Assembly (NCBI GenBank): GCA_002633005.1
Contig: NMRA01000016.1
Coordinates: 161,396 to 225,395, forward strand
Length of the DNA stretch: 64,000 nt
Direction: 5' to 3'
Source of the DNA: Phoronis australis
Taxonomy: Eukaryota > Animalia > Phoronida
The stretch's first letter is position 1; every line of letters starts with the position of its first letter. Positions 13,466 through 28,100 of the stretch are shown here, piece by piece. The translations under genes and the position numbers were made by a program. The notes under the pieces were generated by a model. The model was given only the letters and a program-made list of their open reading frames with translations, made no database searches and was not told where the DNA came from.

Positions 13466-14339
13466 ATTTTACTATGACATGCTCGTTAATCTCTGTGTAA
13501 GATTGCTTGATAAAACTAATGTATGCTAGGGACTAAATGTGTATCTGATCCACACAGCTCGGAGTAAGCAATCAAGCGCGGGGTACACAACCAAAGCGTG
13601 CGGTCCTACTTTATGCATTTCGAGTGCACGTTTCTCTGAAACAACTTGCTCAGATTTTGCATCCATTTTCATCTTCATTAACACTGCGGAGGTGAAATCT
13701 GAATCAACGTGATAATCGCATCAGTACTCGCGCTTGTTTTGACATATTTTGCCGCACTCGACATATATTACAATTGCGTTTACCAAACAGTCTGTTGTAC
13801 AAATAGTTTAGCACATGGGCGGATCCGGAGTAAGAGGGAGGCCCTCGAAATTGTAGAAAACTAGGCTGTAACAAATCAAATAGGTCAAATATCCGGAGGA
13901 GGCTGGTGATGATCATAACCACACCCGATGCCAGCCTCGTTTGCGGGAGCGTTAATTTTACCAATGAGCTATACCAGGTATAGCTCATTGATTTTACAAA
14001 CAGGTACCTTGTTTTATTGGCTCCGTGATTCGGTCGGTGGCCCACTTCTCGGGTTCTGGATCCGCATATCTCACCTTCCTATCACTTCTATCTTTTGTTT
14101 TTGGACAGAATTGTTTTACTTTTTTCACGCAGTGAAAATTTGTCTCTGTTTGACAACCAAAAGTTGTATTCGGTCACAAAATGACGTTTAGTTTTTCACT
14201 AGTGTCGCTAGGAGCGTGAGTCGTACCAGTCGCTACTTTCTCGGCATGTATTTGCTGTCAACCAAAAAATAGATTGATTTCACTGCACCGCAGGGCTGAT
14301 GCATGATATAAAATCTCGTACACGCCGAGGATTGTTTGC

Positions 14340-14830
14340 TTAAGCTTGATCTCAACTCTCAATCCTTAACAAATGAACTTATCGACCGATTTCTTTCTGG
14401 AGATGACGATGACATTTTGGAGGGACGTGATCGGTGTGTTCTTTTTACACACAATTACTCTAAGGATATCGAACATAAACAGAAAAGTGAATCAACTTAC
14501 TGGGTCTCCCGTAAGTTGACTGATCGCTTGAAAAACGTTATGCCGGTGAAATGCAAAAACATCCACTGACTCAGTGAGAAGGAATTTGTAGCATCATATC
14601 TGTGTGCGGCTATTTGTTGCTTGTTCGATGTAACCAAAGGCACTACTCTCTGTACAGTTTTTTGGTCATCAGGTGTACAGTTATCAAGTAAATTGCCTAG
14701 AGACAGGACATCAATTTAATCGCAGAAAACATAAAATGTTTAAGTTCCTTTCCTTTTTTTGACCGTCGTAAGATGAAAGCAAAACATTTGGCGCTGGTTC
14801 GCCACTGTGCGAAAAGGGATGTTTCAAGGC
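14340..14830 (+). mobile_element. Possible degenerate Crypton-like (DUF3504-related) remnant
   Basis: DRFLSGDDDDILE..KQKSESTYWVSRKLTDRLK..LSEKEF resembles the RF..SE.DI....NT.KST.W..F..W...EL N-terminus of Crypton/ZMYM-type proteins. It is interrupted by stops, and the match is by eye only. Confidence 0.3.
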
Positions 14831-15083
14831 AATTATCATATTAATTAAACAACAACCGAAATTTTATCAAGTGGACAATATGCGTCTGGTCCTGTTGAGG
14901 TATATTGACCTCCATTTTTACTCATATATCGAAAAAACTTGGCTTTGTCAACCTCTAAAAGTATATCAGGGAATGAAAATATGTTTTTGTATTTATGTAC
15001 CATTAATATTTTTCCGTTAACAATTTTTAAGTCAAATTTTCATTTTTAAGAAAGCCACATTCATAGCAGTGAGGTCTGGGGGT

Positions 15084-17831
15084 AGATATGTATGGAGCTG
15101 CCTTACATGTATGCCTGGCGGAAGATTCGATTTGAGGGAAAGCCGTAACCTTTCACCTCGGATAAGTAGTAGTAAACAGTTTTCCACGCAGTTGTGTGGA
15201 ACCAAGGTGGTTCTGCTACATCTTTTTTCTCGCTACACTGTATATATTTAGCATTCGGAGTTCCCCGAGAATGAATATAAGGTATTTTGTTAGACATGTG
15301 TGAATTATGAATTATTCTCACCGTAACCAATACTTATATAAAACTGAAACAAAGTCTGTCTCATTAGATGCAATTTGCAATGCATTTGGAGTGTTCGTGA
15401 GTGCAAATGATTTGAGAAGCCAGCAATGAATAAATCACTGCGTTACCGGCTTTAGGTGCAATAAAACTGATTGACCGGACACCGAGGCCGTGTGAGCGCA
15501 TGCTAATTCAGTGTTTGCTGACAGAAACTGTTGTGAAACAACAACTCGATTTTCTATCCCACGGACAGGTGATAGGGGAAACTTTATTTACATATACATT
15601 ATTCAAATAATGATTGTCAATGTACAACTTCTGCTCTGACGGTTCTGTGGCCAAAGGGGAACCATTCGCGGCACCCGACGAGTAAGTAGATTTGCAGTTT
15701 CGTGGCTAATTCACCAACATAATCACGTGCACATTACTTCTTTGGCTCACTAGTATAGTATTTTCTTGACTGGAAGTTAATTTTCCAACTTTGGCTAGTT
15801 TATGTTCGTGATGGCTTCAGTTCGGCCGCGACGGGCCTGATCGGGTTCCGAGCCACTGGCCGGGATAACAAGCATTTTGTGTGTTTAGAACTCAAATTTC
15901 TCAAGTCTGAACAACACAGATCTATTTTCTCCTGTTTGTATTTCACGGAAGAATGCTTCGATTTTATCTCCGAACAGACCCCAAACTCCTGCTACGGACC
16001 TTGGTAAATTGGCGTGCCGAACTTTGTAGGCTACGGGGTGTCCAAATACCAATAAATCCGTTACAGCGAAATAAAAAACACGTTTTTATAAGAACTCGAT
16101 GTATTTTTAAGGGTTTTACGTCGAATTTTGATGATTTATTGGTGTTAAACGATGAATTCTAGCGATAAGCTGACACCAGTAACCCGTGTTTTGAACTACT
16201 GAACAGACTGCGTGTGAAACCAATGAGGTCATTGGATAATTTCAACACCTCCGCCTGCCGTCAGGTGTCAGGTAACGCAACCGAACGTGCCGTTATCGAG
16301 TAGAACTACTCGATCTTAATTGATACAAAATAGGTTGTTTTTTGGGTGGCATTCTCCTTTAAGTTATTCATGACTGAGCTGGATCTTGAGTGACTAAACG
16401 ATGTAACATTTAAAGGTAAAATCACTGGGTGGAAACCGCAGTCAATATAAATCGNAGATATGTATGGAGCTGCCTTACATGTATGCCTGGCGGAAGATTC
16501 GATTTGAGGGAAAGCCGTAACCTTTCACCTCGGATAAGTAGTAGTAAACAGTTTTCCACGCAGTTGTGTGGAACCAAGGTGGTTCTGCTACATCTTTTTT
16601 CTCGCTACACTGTATATATTTAGCATTCGGAGTTCCCCGAGAATGAATATAAGGTATTTTGTTAGACATGTGTGAATTATGAATTATTCTCACCGTAACC
16701 AATACTTATATAAAACTGAAACAAAGTCTGTCTCATTAGATGCAATTTGCAATGCATTTGGAGTGTTCGTGAGTGCAAATGATTTGAGAAGCCAGCAATG
16801 AATAAATCACTGCGTTACCGGCTTTAGGTGCAATAAAACTGATTGACCGGACACCGAGGCCGTGTGAGCGCATGCTAATTCAGTGTTTGCTGACAGAAAC
16901 TGTTGTGAAACAACAACTCGATTTTCTATCCCACGGACAGGTGATAGGGGAAACTTTATTTACATATACATTATTCAAATAATGATTGTCAATGTACAAC
17001 TTCTGCTCTGACGGTTCTGTGGCCAAAGGGGAACCATTCGCGGCACCCGACGAGTAAGTAGATTTGCAGTTTCGTGGCTAATTCACCAACATAATCACGT
17101 GCACATTACTTCTTTGGCTCACTAGTATAGTATTTTCTTGACTGGAAGTTAATTTTCCAACTTTGGCTAGTTTATGTTCGTGATGGCTTCAGTTCGGCCG
17201 CGACGGGCCTGATCGGGTTCCGAGCCACTGGCCGGGATAACAAGCATTTTGTGTGTTTAGAACTCAAATTTCTCAAGTCTGAACAACACAGATCTATTTT
17301 CTCCTGTTTGTATTTCACGGAAGAATGCTTCGATTTTATCTCCGAACAGACCCCAAACTCCTGCTACGGACATTGGTAAATTGGCGTGCCGAACTTTGTA
17401 GGCTACGGGGTGTCCAAATACCAATAAATCCGTTACAGCGAAATAAAAAACACGTTTTTATAAGAACTCGATGTATTTTTAAGGGTTTTACGTCGAAGTT
17501 TGATGATTTATTGGTGTTAAACGATGAATTCTAGCGATAAGCTGACACCAGTAACCCGTGTTGTGATCTACTGTCCTGAACAGACTGCGTGTGAAACCAA
17601 TGAGGTCATTGGATAATTTCAACACCTCCGCCTGCCGTCAGGTGTCAGGTAACGCAACCGAACGTGCCGTTATCGAGGAGAACTACTCGATCTAAATTGA
17701 TACAAAATAGGTTGTTTTTTGGGTGACATTTTCCTTTAAGTTATTCATGACTGAGCTGGATCTTGAGTGACTAAACGATGTAACATTTAATGGTAAAATC
17801 ACTGGGTGGAAACCGCATTCAATATAAATCG
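15084..17831. repeat. 1.37-kb tandem duplication joined by a single N (15084-16454 / 16456-17831)
   Basis: N at 16455. The copies are near-identical, with a few SNPs and a 4-bp indel near the right end. Confidence 0.9.
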
Positions 17832-20454
17832 GTCACAGTCAAATAAATTATGTTTTATGAATTAACCTAATTGACACGCTTTTTTGGCTTTTTTTGTGTG
17901 TATCTAAATTAGTAAACTGGCAGTAGGCCAATGCAGTACTGAATGAAGACTACTGTAGGGAAAAGAAAATAGTGCAACTGTTTTGATCTGCGTTGTTTTT
18001 TTTAAGACTCATGTAGCAAAGCGGCATTATGAAAAAGTCACCTGACGCTATCGGAGACGGGTCAAGATCATTATTCTTTTCCCCTCAGCGCCAACCACCT
18101 GATGTTAGCTGACTTGGGTGAGACTTGTCATTTTATACACAGAGGTGCAGGTTTAAAAATTTCTCAGGTACAGACCAGATCCAATTCTGTTATTTTTGTC
18201 TTGGTGTTTATTTCTTAATGAAACGTGGTTGCTCTCGAAAGATGGTGTCGTATATCAAGGGGAGAAAAAACACTCTTGCTCTTGTTGCACGAAAAGTTTT
18301 AGTGACTGAATTGCATTGCCAACGCACCGTGGCCCCCAGTAGAGGTCTGCTACACAATCTGATGTGGGGTCTATGCATTATGTTGATGCGTTACTTTCCT
18401 AAACAATCCAGTCAAACTTAAAGTGATCTACCTTGTTATGGGCGTTGCCGGAAAACAACACACCAATCATTTATTGTTAGAAGATTTTGCGAGATTGGTT
18501 AATAACTTACAAATGAATTATATACAGTTTTAAAACGAAAAAATTACCTGCAATTACAATTTATGTTATAGTGACGGGTTCAGCGTGAAATCACTACTCA
18601 AGTCGGTAAATCTTGTTATGGTATTTCTCCGTAAACGCGTGATATATTCAGCTGATCCCAGAGCACCGCCACCTTTTGGGTATTGTTTTATTTATTTATT
18701 TTTTGTTTTTTAGTACGGCGAATTTGCGTATTATAAACCCGTGAGCCTGCTGAAGTCCACGACTTTGAATATGTAGATGGGTTCAGTAGACAAGCTAAGT
18801 CACGTGCGTCTCCCATGTGAGTGGAGAGCAGAGCACGAGCTGTTTAAAACTATATTTTCGAAGTATATCTACCCGAATGTCATTCCAAACTGTTCAGCAT
18901 GGTCACATTTTTTTACTTCATGAGAAAGACTTGTGCTCAGTTTTGTAGATCATTGAAAATGTCGATGATTTTAGTATTAAATTGGTAATTTGGAGGGTCA
19001 ACCACGTTTTCAATTGTCTGCCCCAAGGTCAATAGTTAGTTACCTCCATACAAAAAACAAGTCTTCATTTTTGTGATAAAGTTTCCATTCGATTACAATC
19101 GAGGGACAAAAACTAACCTCACGAATAATATGTAAATTTCTGCATTCAAACAATACCGCAATGTTCACGTGATGATGGGGTACATTTATTATCAAGCACT
19201 GCTTCCGCTATTTAATCCCTTTATTTTAAGAGAAATTCAGCCTTTTTGTAAGGTCTCCGTCAGGTGTCTAGTTCTCCACCAAGCGAATGCGCACGCGCTG
19301 CATACGCATGCTCAACTCGTGCATCGCTCCAACGGGAAGATTCACTGTTGCTATCTTAATTATTTCGAGTTGTTCACGTGGCACTGCGTAGTCTCGTTCT
19401 ATCTTGACTTGATAGTTCAAACTCTAAAATTAGACAAGCAAAAAATTCTGGTTCTCCACGATTGTATTACATCCGGATTCACAGCATGGTGTGTTTTGGG
19501 ATTTTTTGAACCGAGTCAATGTTGTTTGAGTCGTTGTTGGGTCTTCAAAGCGCTCGTCAAACAGTGTTTCGCAAGAGCGAGTTCAACCAGTCAGCAAGAC
19601 ACGTGGCCCACTGTACCTCCGGCCTCAGCTGCAAAACTTGTGTTGCATAACAGGTGAAATGAAACCGTTGTAGGACAATTCCTTTGCCATTCTGCACCCG
19701 TTAGGAGCTCAAATTTAATGGACAAAAACATGTGCCTCAATCCAGGTCTCCACAATGTTGGAAGAGTATCCGACAGGAACTAGTTTGAGCGAATTGGATT
19801 ATGGGGGCCGAGGTCGAACACCAGGCTACACTATGTCGTAAGAAATTTTCCGCTCAACCTGGTTCACATCCTTCTGTAAAATACACCCGCGGTGGCCGAC
19901 TTTTGTAGTCAAGGTCACAGGAGTTCGGAAATTCCAAATTTTTTCGACTACCCAGGGGCGGAACGTTTGAGGAGTCTCGAGGGTAACATTCCGCTCCGAT
20001 TTGGTTAGGTAACGAAAGAAAAAGTTGGGCAAAGAGGTCCATTGTATTACTGCACAGATTTGAAAATTTTGAATAAGTGCTTTTGTATGGATGTTATTCG
20101 TTTATGATTAATTTGTAGCATCTATTAATGGCGGCGTTTACAGTGTGATTAAGATTTTCCTGTTATTTATCAAGTTAGAACGCATTCAACGACGACAAAG
20201 ACGTTTCATTTGATTTTACCATTAGTGTAATTATATTCATGCGAGAGGTCACAAAAATCTATTTACCACATATATAGCAACAGAAATAATTATTAATGTC
20301 CTGATCGCCTTCACCAAGAAAAAAATAAAGGAACTGTTTTATCGCCCAACCAAGAACTGAATTCAAGGAGAGGTGCCAACGTCCAGTTTACTTAATATGT
20401 TTTAACTGGTAGAAAACTTTGCTGAAAAAAGAACAAAGAAATTGTTAAAAATAT

Positions 20455-20909
20455 TTAAAGTAATTGAATATCTTCGCTACCAAGGGCCACATTTCTTTAA
20501 ACTATTTTACAATGCAAATTGTCAACCCATGAAACCATATATTTTTCGATTTGTTCCATGAAATAACAGAGGTCTTGTTTTTTGATGACTGCAATTTTGA
20601 TCGAAAGAGGCCTTGCTATTTTTTCAAGACACCCAATTGTAACTAATAGAATGCAGAGATAGAATTTTAAAGTTTTTTGTGAAAAATGTCACATAAACAT
20701 GTACGGTAGCCGTGGCTTACCTGGCGTTGATTGTGGGAAAATGCACAATCACGTGACTACAAGCAGGTATCATTTTCGCGTGCACAGTAGGATCCTGTGA
20801 TTATCAAGGTTTTAAAAAATATACGGTTCCATGGGTTGACAAGTTGCATTTCAAAATATATTCAAAAAAGTGTGTGACCTTTGGTGGAGAAGGTATCCGA
20901 TTACCTTAA
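20455..20909. mobile_element. MITE with about 90-bp imperfect TIRs and TTAA ends (Kolobok/piggyBac-like)
   Basis: The left arm ttaaagtaattgaatatcttc...aatgcaaattgtcaacccatgaaacc pairs with the right arm ggttccatgggttgacaagttgcatt...gaaggtatccgattaccttaa. Confidence 0.7.
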
Positions 20910-21799
20910 CCAATAAAGATTTAGATCCCGTCTGGCAAATTGTACCGAATTTGTGTCTGTGAACACAATCAAACTCGGAGTTTGACGTTTTGATGAGCTT
21001 GGCGACTATTCCACACTAACAAGTTCCCCTGTAGAGTCGCGGAGATTGTCATTTTTGTTTACTGATAATCACGTGATTTAGATGCTGCTTACTGTCTGTT
21101 TGGTATTCACCAAAGGCCACAGAACTCTAACAAATACTTTTGAAATTAATTTTTTCACAGTGTCAGTATTAAATTTGGACCATCAAAACGACCCTAAGTT
21201 GTCTTTGTAAGACTCGGCCTCATTTTAATGGTGGAAAAACGACTTCGGATATTTTTCAAGGAGTCATATTTAATGTTACACAAGCTTTCTGAGCAAAGAA
21301 ATCTAGCCCTGGAATTCCAACGTATTCTTGCCACCCCGGGACTAGCCGCGAGAGTTTGCAATGGGAATTTCCGACTGTTTGCTCCGGCGACTTAAGTTTT
21401 GATCGGGAGTTGCAATTATCAAATCAAACCTAATTCATTGCTTCATTTTCATTTTGTTATCAATGTTATTACTGTTCATCAAGCGACACTCTTAAGGTAC
21501 GGCCCGGCCCATACAATCAAAGCCTTCTCGTCAAAAGTAGTCAATATCATCACCATCGTCATCCACAAATTAGCAGTCGTTATGTCCTTCAGCGTACTTG
21601 AACTTGCTCTTCGTCAAATACTGCTCTTAACATTTAAACATGTGAATTATACACGTAGGTCTAATAGTGCAAAACACGTAACTGCATACAGCACACATCA
21701 CGAACTCTTACCCGACCGGTGGTAAATCGGTCAAGGACCGGTCGTCTATAGCCGACCAGCAGCCGACCGGCAACGGTCTGCAAGTATACATCAGCCTCC

Positions 21800-21939
21800 C
21801 GTTCAGTAACGCTAGGACCTCGCTAAAGAGCAAGTCTTCGCGAGATCACGTGAGATACTGTAGTGTATTTCAAATGAGATCACGTGACTTTAGCTACATT
21901 TTAGGTAGGTCCTAGCGTATTTTCTAGCGTTACTTAACG
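21800..21939 (+). mobile_element. About 140-bp MITE family A, copy 1
   Basis: TIR CGTTCAGTAACGCTAGGACCT; the same element occurs at 32994-33133, 61120-61257 and 62329-62422. Confidence 0.8.
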
Positions 21940-22637
21940 CACGCCAGCTGAGTCGCCCTGTGCATGGTTGTATGTTGGGTAGGCAAACTGGTTGTCTAGC
22001 TTGGACGACCCACTTAGATCTTTATGACTAAGCAGATGAACTTTGTTGTTCGTACTCGACTATTTAAACTTAGGAAAAGTGATTGTAATATATGAACTGC
22101 GTGATATAAAATCCAAGTAAATGTCCCTGTGTACGTACCGGCCGCGTGGTAAAATCAAATGTTAAGTGATCTAGCTGTGAGGTGTGTTTTACGCACACCA
22201 ATCAAGAAACGTTTAAATGTTGCAGTGCATTTGAATAAAAATCCAAAAACAACACTGGGCGTGCTACTACCGCAGGTGTCATAAACACTGCTATTCACAA
22301 GTGCTGGCTTTTCTTGCATTTTTTTGCAAAAGCTGTTTCTCAAAGAAATTTGATCGAAGTGTGGAATGTGCGACCTTCACAATAGTTTAAAAACATGTCT
22401 GGGTTAAAAAACAATCATCCTCTGTTCTATTCACTAGAATTAGCAAACCAAAATTAAAGACATTTGTCGATGAAAAAGACCACTTTCAACGACTTCGACA
22501 TTTGTTTCCGGCTCCGCCATATTAAATCTCCAGGGTCAGTCTCGTTTTCAAATCAACCAATGACATTCAAGTTCAAACTAGGCCATTGTTATCATTATAA
22601 TCATTTGTGCCTACGATTACATCTCATCACAATCCAG

Positions 22638-22870
22638 GACATCAACTTACGGCAGTATAACTCAGCGACAAGATGGCGTCGAGAGCAAGGCATCTGTCTG
22701 GAAAATGTTGACATTTTTGCATATACTGCCGGCTTCTTTTATTTTAATAATGCCTGTTTTGTTTTGGTTAAGAACTGGTGCAGTATTTTGTCCCATTGAG
22801 ACCTTGCAACTACCACAGGTCCGATATTAATTTGCAATATTTGGGCAAAATTGTGTCCCACGGATGGACA
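22638..22870 (+). repeat. Dispersed repeat family B, copy 1 (second copy at 27111-27340)
   Basis: Shares gacatcaactt, aactcag, atggcgtc, ggaaaatgttgac, ctgccggcttctttt and ttttggttaagaactgg with 27111-27340. Confidence 0.8.
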
Positions 22871-24749
22871 ACCTTGTGGAGCGTACGGACGGGGGTTACG
22901 TGTCTAAGGTAAAAGGGATGTATCTTTGGCTCTGAATTTTGTCTGTTAGTGTCCAAGAATCGAACTCAAAAGTTCGTGCATCAATTAAAGTAGTTGACAG
23001 TCTACTGAACTAGCCACAGCCGACCATATTTTCTTTCAGTTAAAAACATAATCAAACATTGCCTACATATTACAGAGATTTTAGGGCATGGAAAATTCGC
23101 TCCGTCATCTTTCCAACAATGGCTACCGTGACCACAGATTATAGTATAAGGAGTATTAAGTCTGTATATCCTAAATGGACAAAATCTGCGATTGTACATA
23201 TGTACGCATAAGGTGCTACCAACAGACAAGTCACTATTCTTTAGCGGCTCATGGTGTGAGTCAAGTTTTCACAAGTACGGCATCTGCTCACTAACCGGAA
23301 AGTCGCACCTCTTCTGGGAATTACCTAATCCATGAAAATATCGGAGTTGTCTAAGATAGATGCAGTGACTCACCAAAAGGCTTACTCGACCAAATGTGTT
23401 GAGAAGGCGATTGATATTTCCAAGAACAAACATTTTCGTCGTTTGGTTACAGTACGGACAGGAGTAAACATGATTCGATGACAAAAAATACCTTATCCTA
23501 CAATAAAAGTCTTACTTCGTCGAAGACGGCCAAGTTCGCTCATCAGAATTGTTTTAGACGTACACATTATCAGATGTACATGTAGATTGTAATCTACTGC
23601 AAATACCAGAGTACGTTCTATGGTTCATCTTAAACCTGTATATGATGACGAATCGTGGGGAATATCAGTCACCTTGTCACCATCTTGAGGTTGGAAATTA
23701 ATCTGCTTTAAAGAAATAAATATTCTGAAAATCTGTTGGTTTCACTTATTCAAGAAACGGTCAGTTGGCTAGGTATCTTACCCTATCATGTGACAACCCA
23801 ATTAAGACTGGCTTCAGTTGAGAAAAAGATCATCGAAACATCTTTCAAGTATATACCAGGGAATTTTTAATAATTCATTTAGCAAAAATGCACGTCAAAA
23901 TATTTTATTTTGAAAACAACAGCAGAGCTGTCTACATTAGACAAATCATACGCTTACAAGATTCACACGCAAGTGGACGAGGATCCGCTGAAACACCAAA
24001 GGGTTCTGAAACAAGCACATTTCTGTGCCTTAAAATGTGCTTAATCAGCACGTATTTTTGCTTAATCGGTGCGTACTTTAAGTTCTTGAACGATCATCGT
24101 TCTGCTATTACAGTTGTATTCAACGTGCAGTTTTGTTTAATCAACGGGTTGTTTTACTTAATCAACGCCTACTCTTAATCACAGTCAATCGAATCACGCC
24201 ACTGCTCTCAAATCTCAAAATAGCGGAAGACTTTCGACATGGTGCAAGGTAACTTTTGAAGAATGTTGCAGATTCTCACCAAGTGGCCAAGTAAATGATG
24301 GCGCCGTTACGTGCTGAATGTAAACTTGTCTTTGATTGGACATATCGAATAACTAATTCAGTCCTTTGATTAAGTAGAATTACGGATAGATTAAGCAAAA
24401 GTAGGCATTTTAGTGTACGAATTACAAAGTAAAAAACTTAACAATAAGTAAGGCAAAACACCAACATGACTGTTTTCAAATTTAAAAAGTAAATAATATC
24501 CGTATTTGAATATTTAAAATCGAAGTTTTATAAGAGAAATTAGCGAATAGATTTATTTCAGCATCAAGGCTAGGCAACGAGCATTAATTTATGAATCGAT
24601 TATGACGGGTCAGTACAGTCACAATCTCGCTTAAGCGTTGGTTCACAAAAACTCTAATGCAAGATTTGTCTGGTGCACTTTCCGCTTATCCTCCGGAAGA
24701 CACGAAATTTTAGCGATTTCCGCTATCATCTCATTTGCACCTTTACGTT

Positions 24750-25164
24750 TCACGCGTCTAAACTAGAATTTGTAAGGCCCGAGTAAGTATCTTTCAATCT
24801 TTTGAGTTGACCAATGTCATTGTCTTTCAAATACAGCGAAGAAAGACGTTCAACTTCGCTACTCAGCACCTTTCTCCAAACGCCAACGTTTCCTGGCGAC
24901 AAAGCTGACTGAATCTGGCACATTGCCAAGGCGGCTTTTGCCACCAATTCACTCTTGGGATCTCCGGCGATTATTCTTTGTATTGAATGTTGTTTTAATA
25001 AATTGGTCATCAACGGCAATGCTTTATCGTATTGTTCTGTCTCGATGTATATACATCCCATTTTTAAATCAACCAATTCTTTAAAAAGCGAGAACATAAC
25101 GACGCATCGGTCGTGGATTTCTAAAGCTTCCCTGTAATGTCCAAGCGCCGTGTCGTACTGTCTC
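24750..25164 (-). CDS. STAND-TPR terminal exon 9 (TPRs, stop codon)
   Basis: Reads ttag|G AGA CAG TAC; encodes RQYDTALGHYREALEI..KMGCIYIETEQYDKALPL..SSLDA followed by a stop. Confidence 0.88.
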
Positions 25165-28100
25165 CTAAAATGATAAAGATAATTTACAATCCGTGAATTT
25201 TCAATACATATTCCTTTTACCATTGTAGGTACATGTTTCAGGGATACGTTTTTTGAAAAGGGACTTCAGATTCAAATCAGAAATTCTTTTCTTCCATTTG
25301 GCTGTTGCTGAACAATGTTTACCATGTAAGCTAATTGCTAGCACATCACAGTTCAGTAATAACAATTTATACACAGCTACCAATTAAGAGCACGTATTTC
25401 TTTTGTACTTTAATGAATGGATAATAGAATTTGTTTTCGGAAATAGTTGTGCAAGACAAAATTTCAGTTTGACGTCACGCTTCACGATACTGCCCCTTAA
25501 CTTCAAGCGCAATGGCAATACTGGAATCATTAAAGTGACGTAATCGGCGAGACAAGTGTTACTTTAAATCAGGACCAAGACGAATCGAAATCACGACCAC
25601 GGTCCGAAGATTTTCTAGCGTGGCTAAAGCCCACTCGATAAACAACTGATTTTTAAGCGTATTTAGTTAGTCATCGACCTTTACTTCCCCCGAGTGACTA
25701 GCAGCCAACGGCAATTATTGGCGTTTTGTAATAAAATCACAAAAAATCAACATATTTCGTTGTTTTGTAGCTCTTGTCAAAGAAAATGAATCCAAGAATT
25801 CTATATAGCAACAACTCCAAAATGCAATTTCTAAAACTGGTTCTATTCCTTGAAACACCAGGCCTCAGTTTTGCAAACTGTAGGCAAGGTGGTCCTAGGC
25901 TAAAACGTGTACCGTCACTTTCAAAAAACGCTTGTGAAGGCAAAAAAGGCTCAAGGAGCGTCAGTATTGATAAAATCGGGAAAAGTTGCAACTCAGTCAT
26001 TGGTTTTACTCTCCCCTTGTCAATAACTACCGTGTGCAACAAATGACGCAATCGGTTACAAGTCATTTTCTTTCCACCCGGCCGGTCACAAATAACTTTT
26101 GCAGACAGACAAGTCATTAGTTTCCCGTGCAAATCACAAGTGTGACATTCATGTTCCAGACTACGGATCGACCATTTTCCACACTAAGTTGACAATTGTT
26201 ACACGACCTCTGATATTTAACCCCTGTGACTGGCTAAAACCCAATATGATAACTTTCGATATGATGTAGTATCGACTGGGTAGCCTCGGAATGGCACTTT
26301 CCATTCAATTTGCCTCCCGAACGTCAGATGCACTGTTCATAATCTGGCCAATCACAGGCTGCAGAAATCAAAGCTTCTAACCGACTGTGTAAACAAGGCG
26401 AGCAGACGATGACAGGTAAGAACATGACAAAATAACAACAGACGAAAACTCAAAAGAAAGAAAAATCACTAGATGTCTAATAAAACAAATAAACACTAAA
26501 CCATTAGAGACCTTATCCTCTGGATCAGTCCATATATGTTCATTATAGGGGGCGTCACAAACCCGCACCCCCACCCTGCCCGAACTCAGACAAAGTCTAC
26601 ATTTTTCGCCCTTCCCTTTCTTCCCGCACCTATTTCCTATTTATGACAGTCTGACATTTCTTACTTGTAAGCGTATGCTTTTCCCATCTCGTACAGCACA
26701 TCCGCTGTATATTGGTGTTCGTAACAAAGCTGTTCTCTTACCTTTTTCGCCTCTCTCAGGTACACGAGTGCTTCGTCTGCAAAACCCAACACCTCTCTTA
26801 TAAGGTGATGGTAGAGGGATCTTAAAAGCAACCATATTGGATGTTACCTGCATTATAATGCAGATCCCTGGTAAGTGTTTACCTTGTAGAGTCATTGTTC
26901 TGTTAAAGGCAGTTTTAAAAAATTGGAATGCGTTACTTCACAGTTGTTTGGTGAAATCAGCCATTAAAAAGGCCACTTGCAAAAACACGACTTCTTTGTC
27001 AATTTCTGCTTCCGCCAGAGTAAGATCTCGAGGGTTGTTTTCGTTTCTAGATGGCATTCAAATAAAAACTAGGTTCGTAAATTAACTTTTGACATCTTTT
27101 CACAAATTACGACATCAACTTGCGGCAGAGTAACTCAGTGATAAAATGGCGTCAAGTAAGTGTGGAAAATGTTGACGTTTCTGCAAAAACTGCCGGCTTC
27201 TTTTGTTAAACGACTTTTTGTTTTGGTTAAGAACTGGTTCTGTGTTTTGCTTCATTTGGGCCTTACAACTACCATAGGTGCGATTTCAATTTTCAAAATT
27301 TGAATTAATTTTTGTTACAAGGGTTAACTGCCTTGTCGAGCGTGTCTGTAAATATTAATTTAAAGACAGTTTAGGCCTAGCGAGTGTGTGTTATTCATGT
27401 AACACTGGAAAACGATGCCAACAGCCAGGCAAAAGGCTAGCATCTTGGTCCTGCATTCACTTTCATTCAGCAAACACGAATGGCCTGCACAGACTCTGTT
27501 CAATAGAGTGTAGGACATGAATGAAGACACAAGCTCCTGGCCCTTGTTGCGCCATTGACATCATTGCCTGTTCGATACATGTAGATACATACTCGCCAAG
27601 GGAATAGTAATTAACACGGAACTATGATTTTCCAAGGTAGACAGGGATGTTCATTTTTATTAAATGTAGCATCAACAATGATTGCATTCCCCAATTCCCC
27701 TTTAAAAATAAAGCTTCGAGGTCAAAGTAAATTACAGTGTAGTACCCAACTACCGTGTCTGAAAATGCCGCAGAAATTGTATTTAGTGGCTCTCCTACGC
27801 GCCACCAGTTTTTCCAATCGGTCGCCACTAATGCTTCTCTAGTATTTCTCAATACGCAGTCTTTGCCAATCACTTCGGCCTTCGTAACCGCATGCGATAT
27901 ACTGATAGGTCCCACGGAGGAAACTAATTCACAAAGAATATTGATTGGTTCGAAACTTGAGTTTTGGCATCGAAAATGAAAAAAGAAAAGCGGGTTCTGA
28001 GAATTGTAAGTGAATTTGTGAACAGTCCGAATAGTATCAGCGATCATTTTGTTGTGCTGACATCAGAGGACTTATGAATGATCATCGCAGACTCTGGTTC

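Noticed and set aside
19169-19657. 162-aa plus-strand ORF
   Set aside because: No recognisable domain, a non-ATG start, and composition typical of noncoding DNA.
23515-23550. CTGATGA hammerhead-like core on the minus strand (a similar one near 42085-42110)
   Set aside because: The conserved GAAA and stems I/III are missing.
27622-28047. 141-aa minus ORF within the STAND gene intron
   Set aside because: No TPR pattern or phase-compatible splice pair; exon 26776-26665 already bridges the frame.
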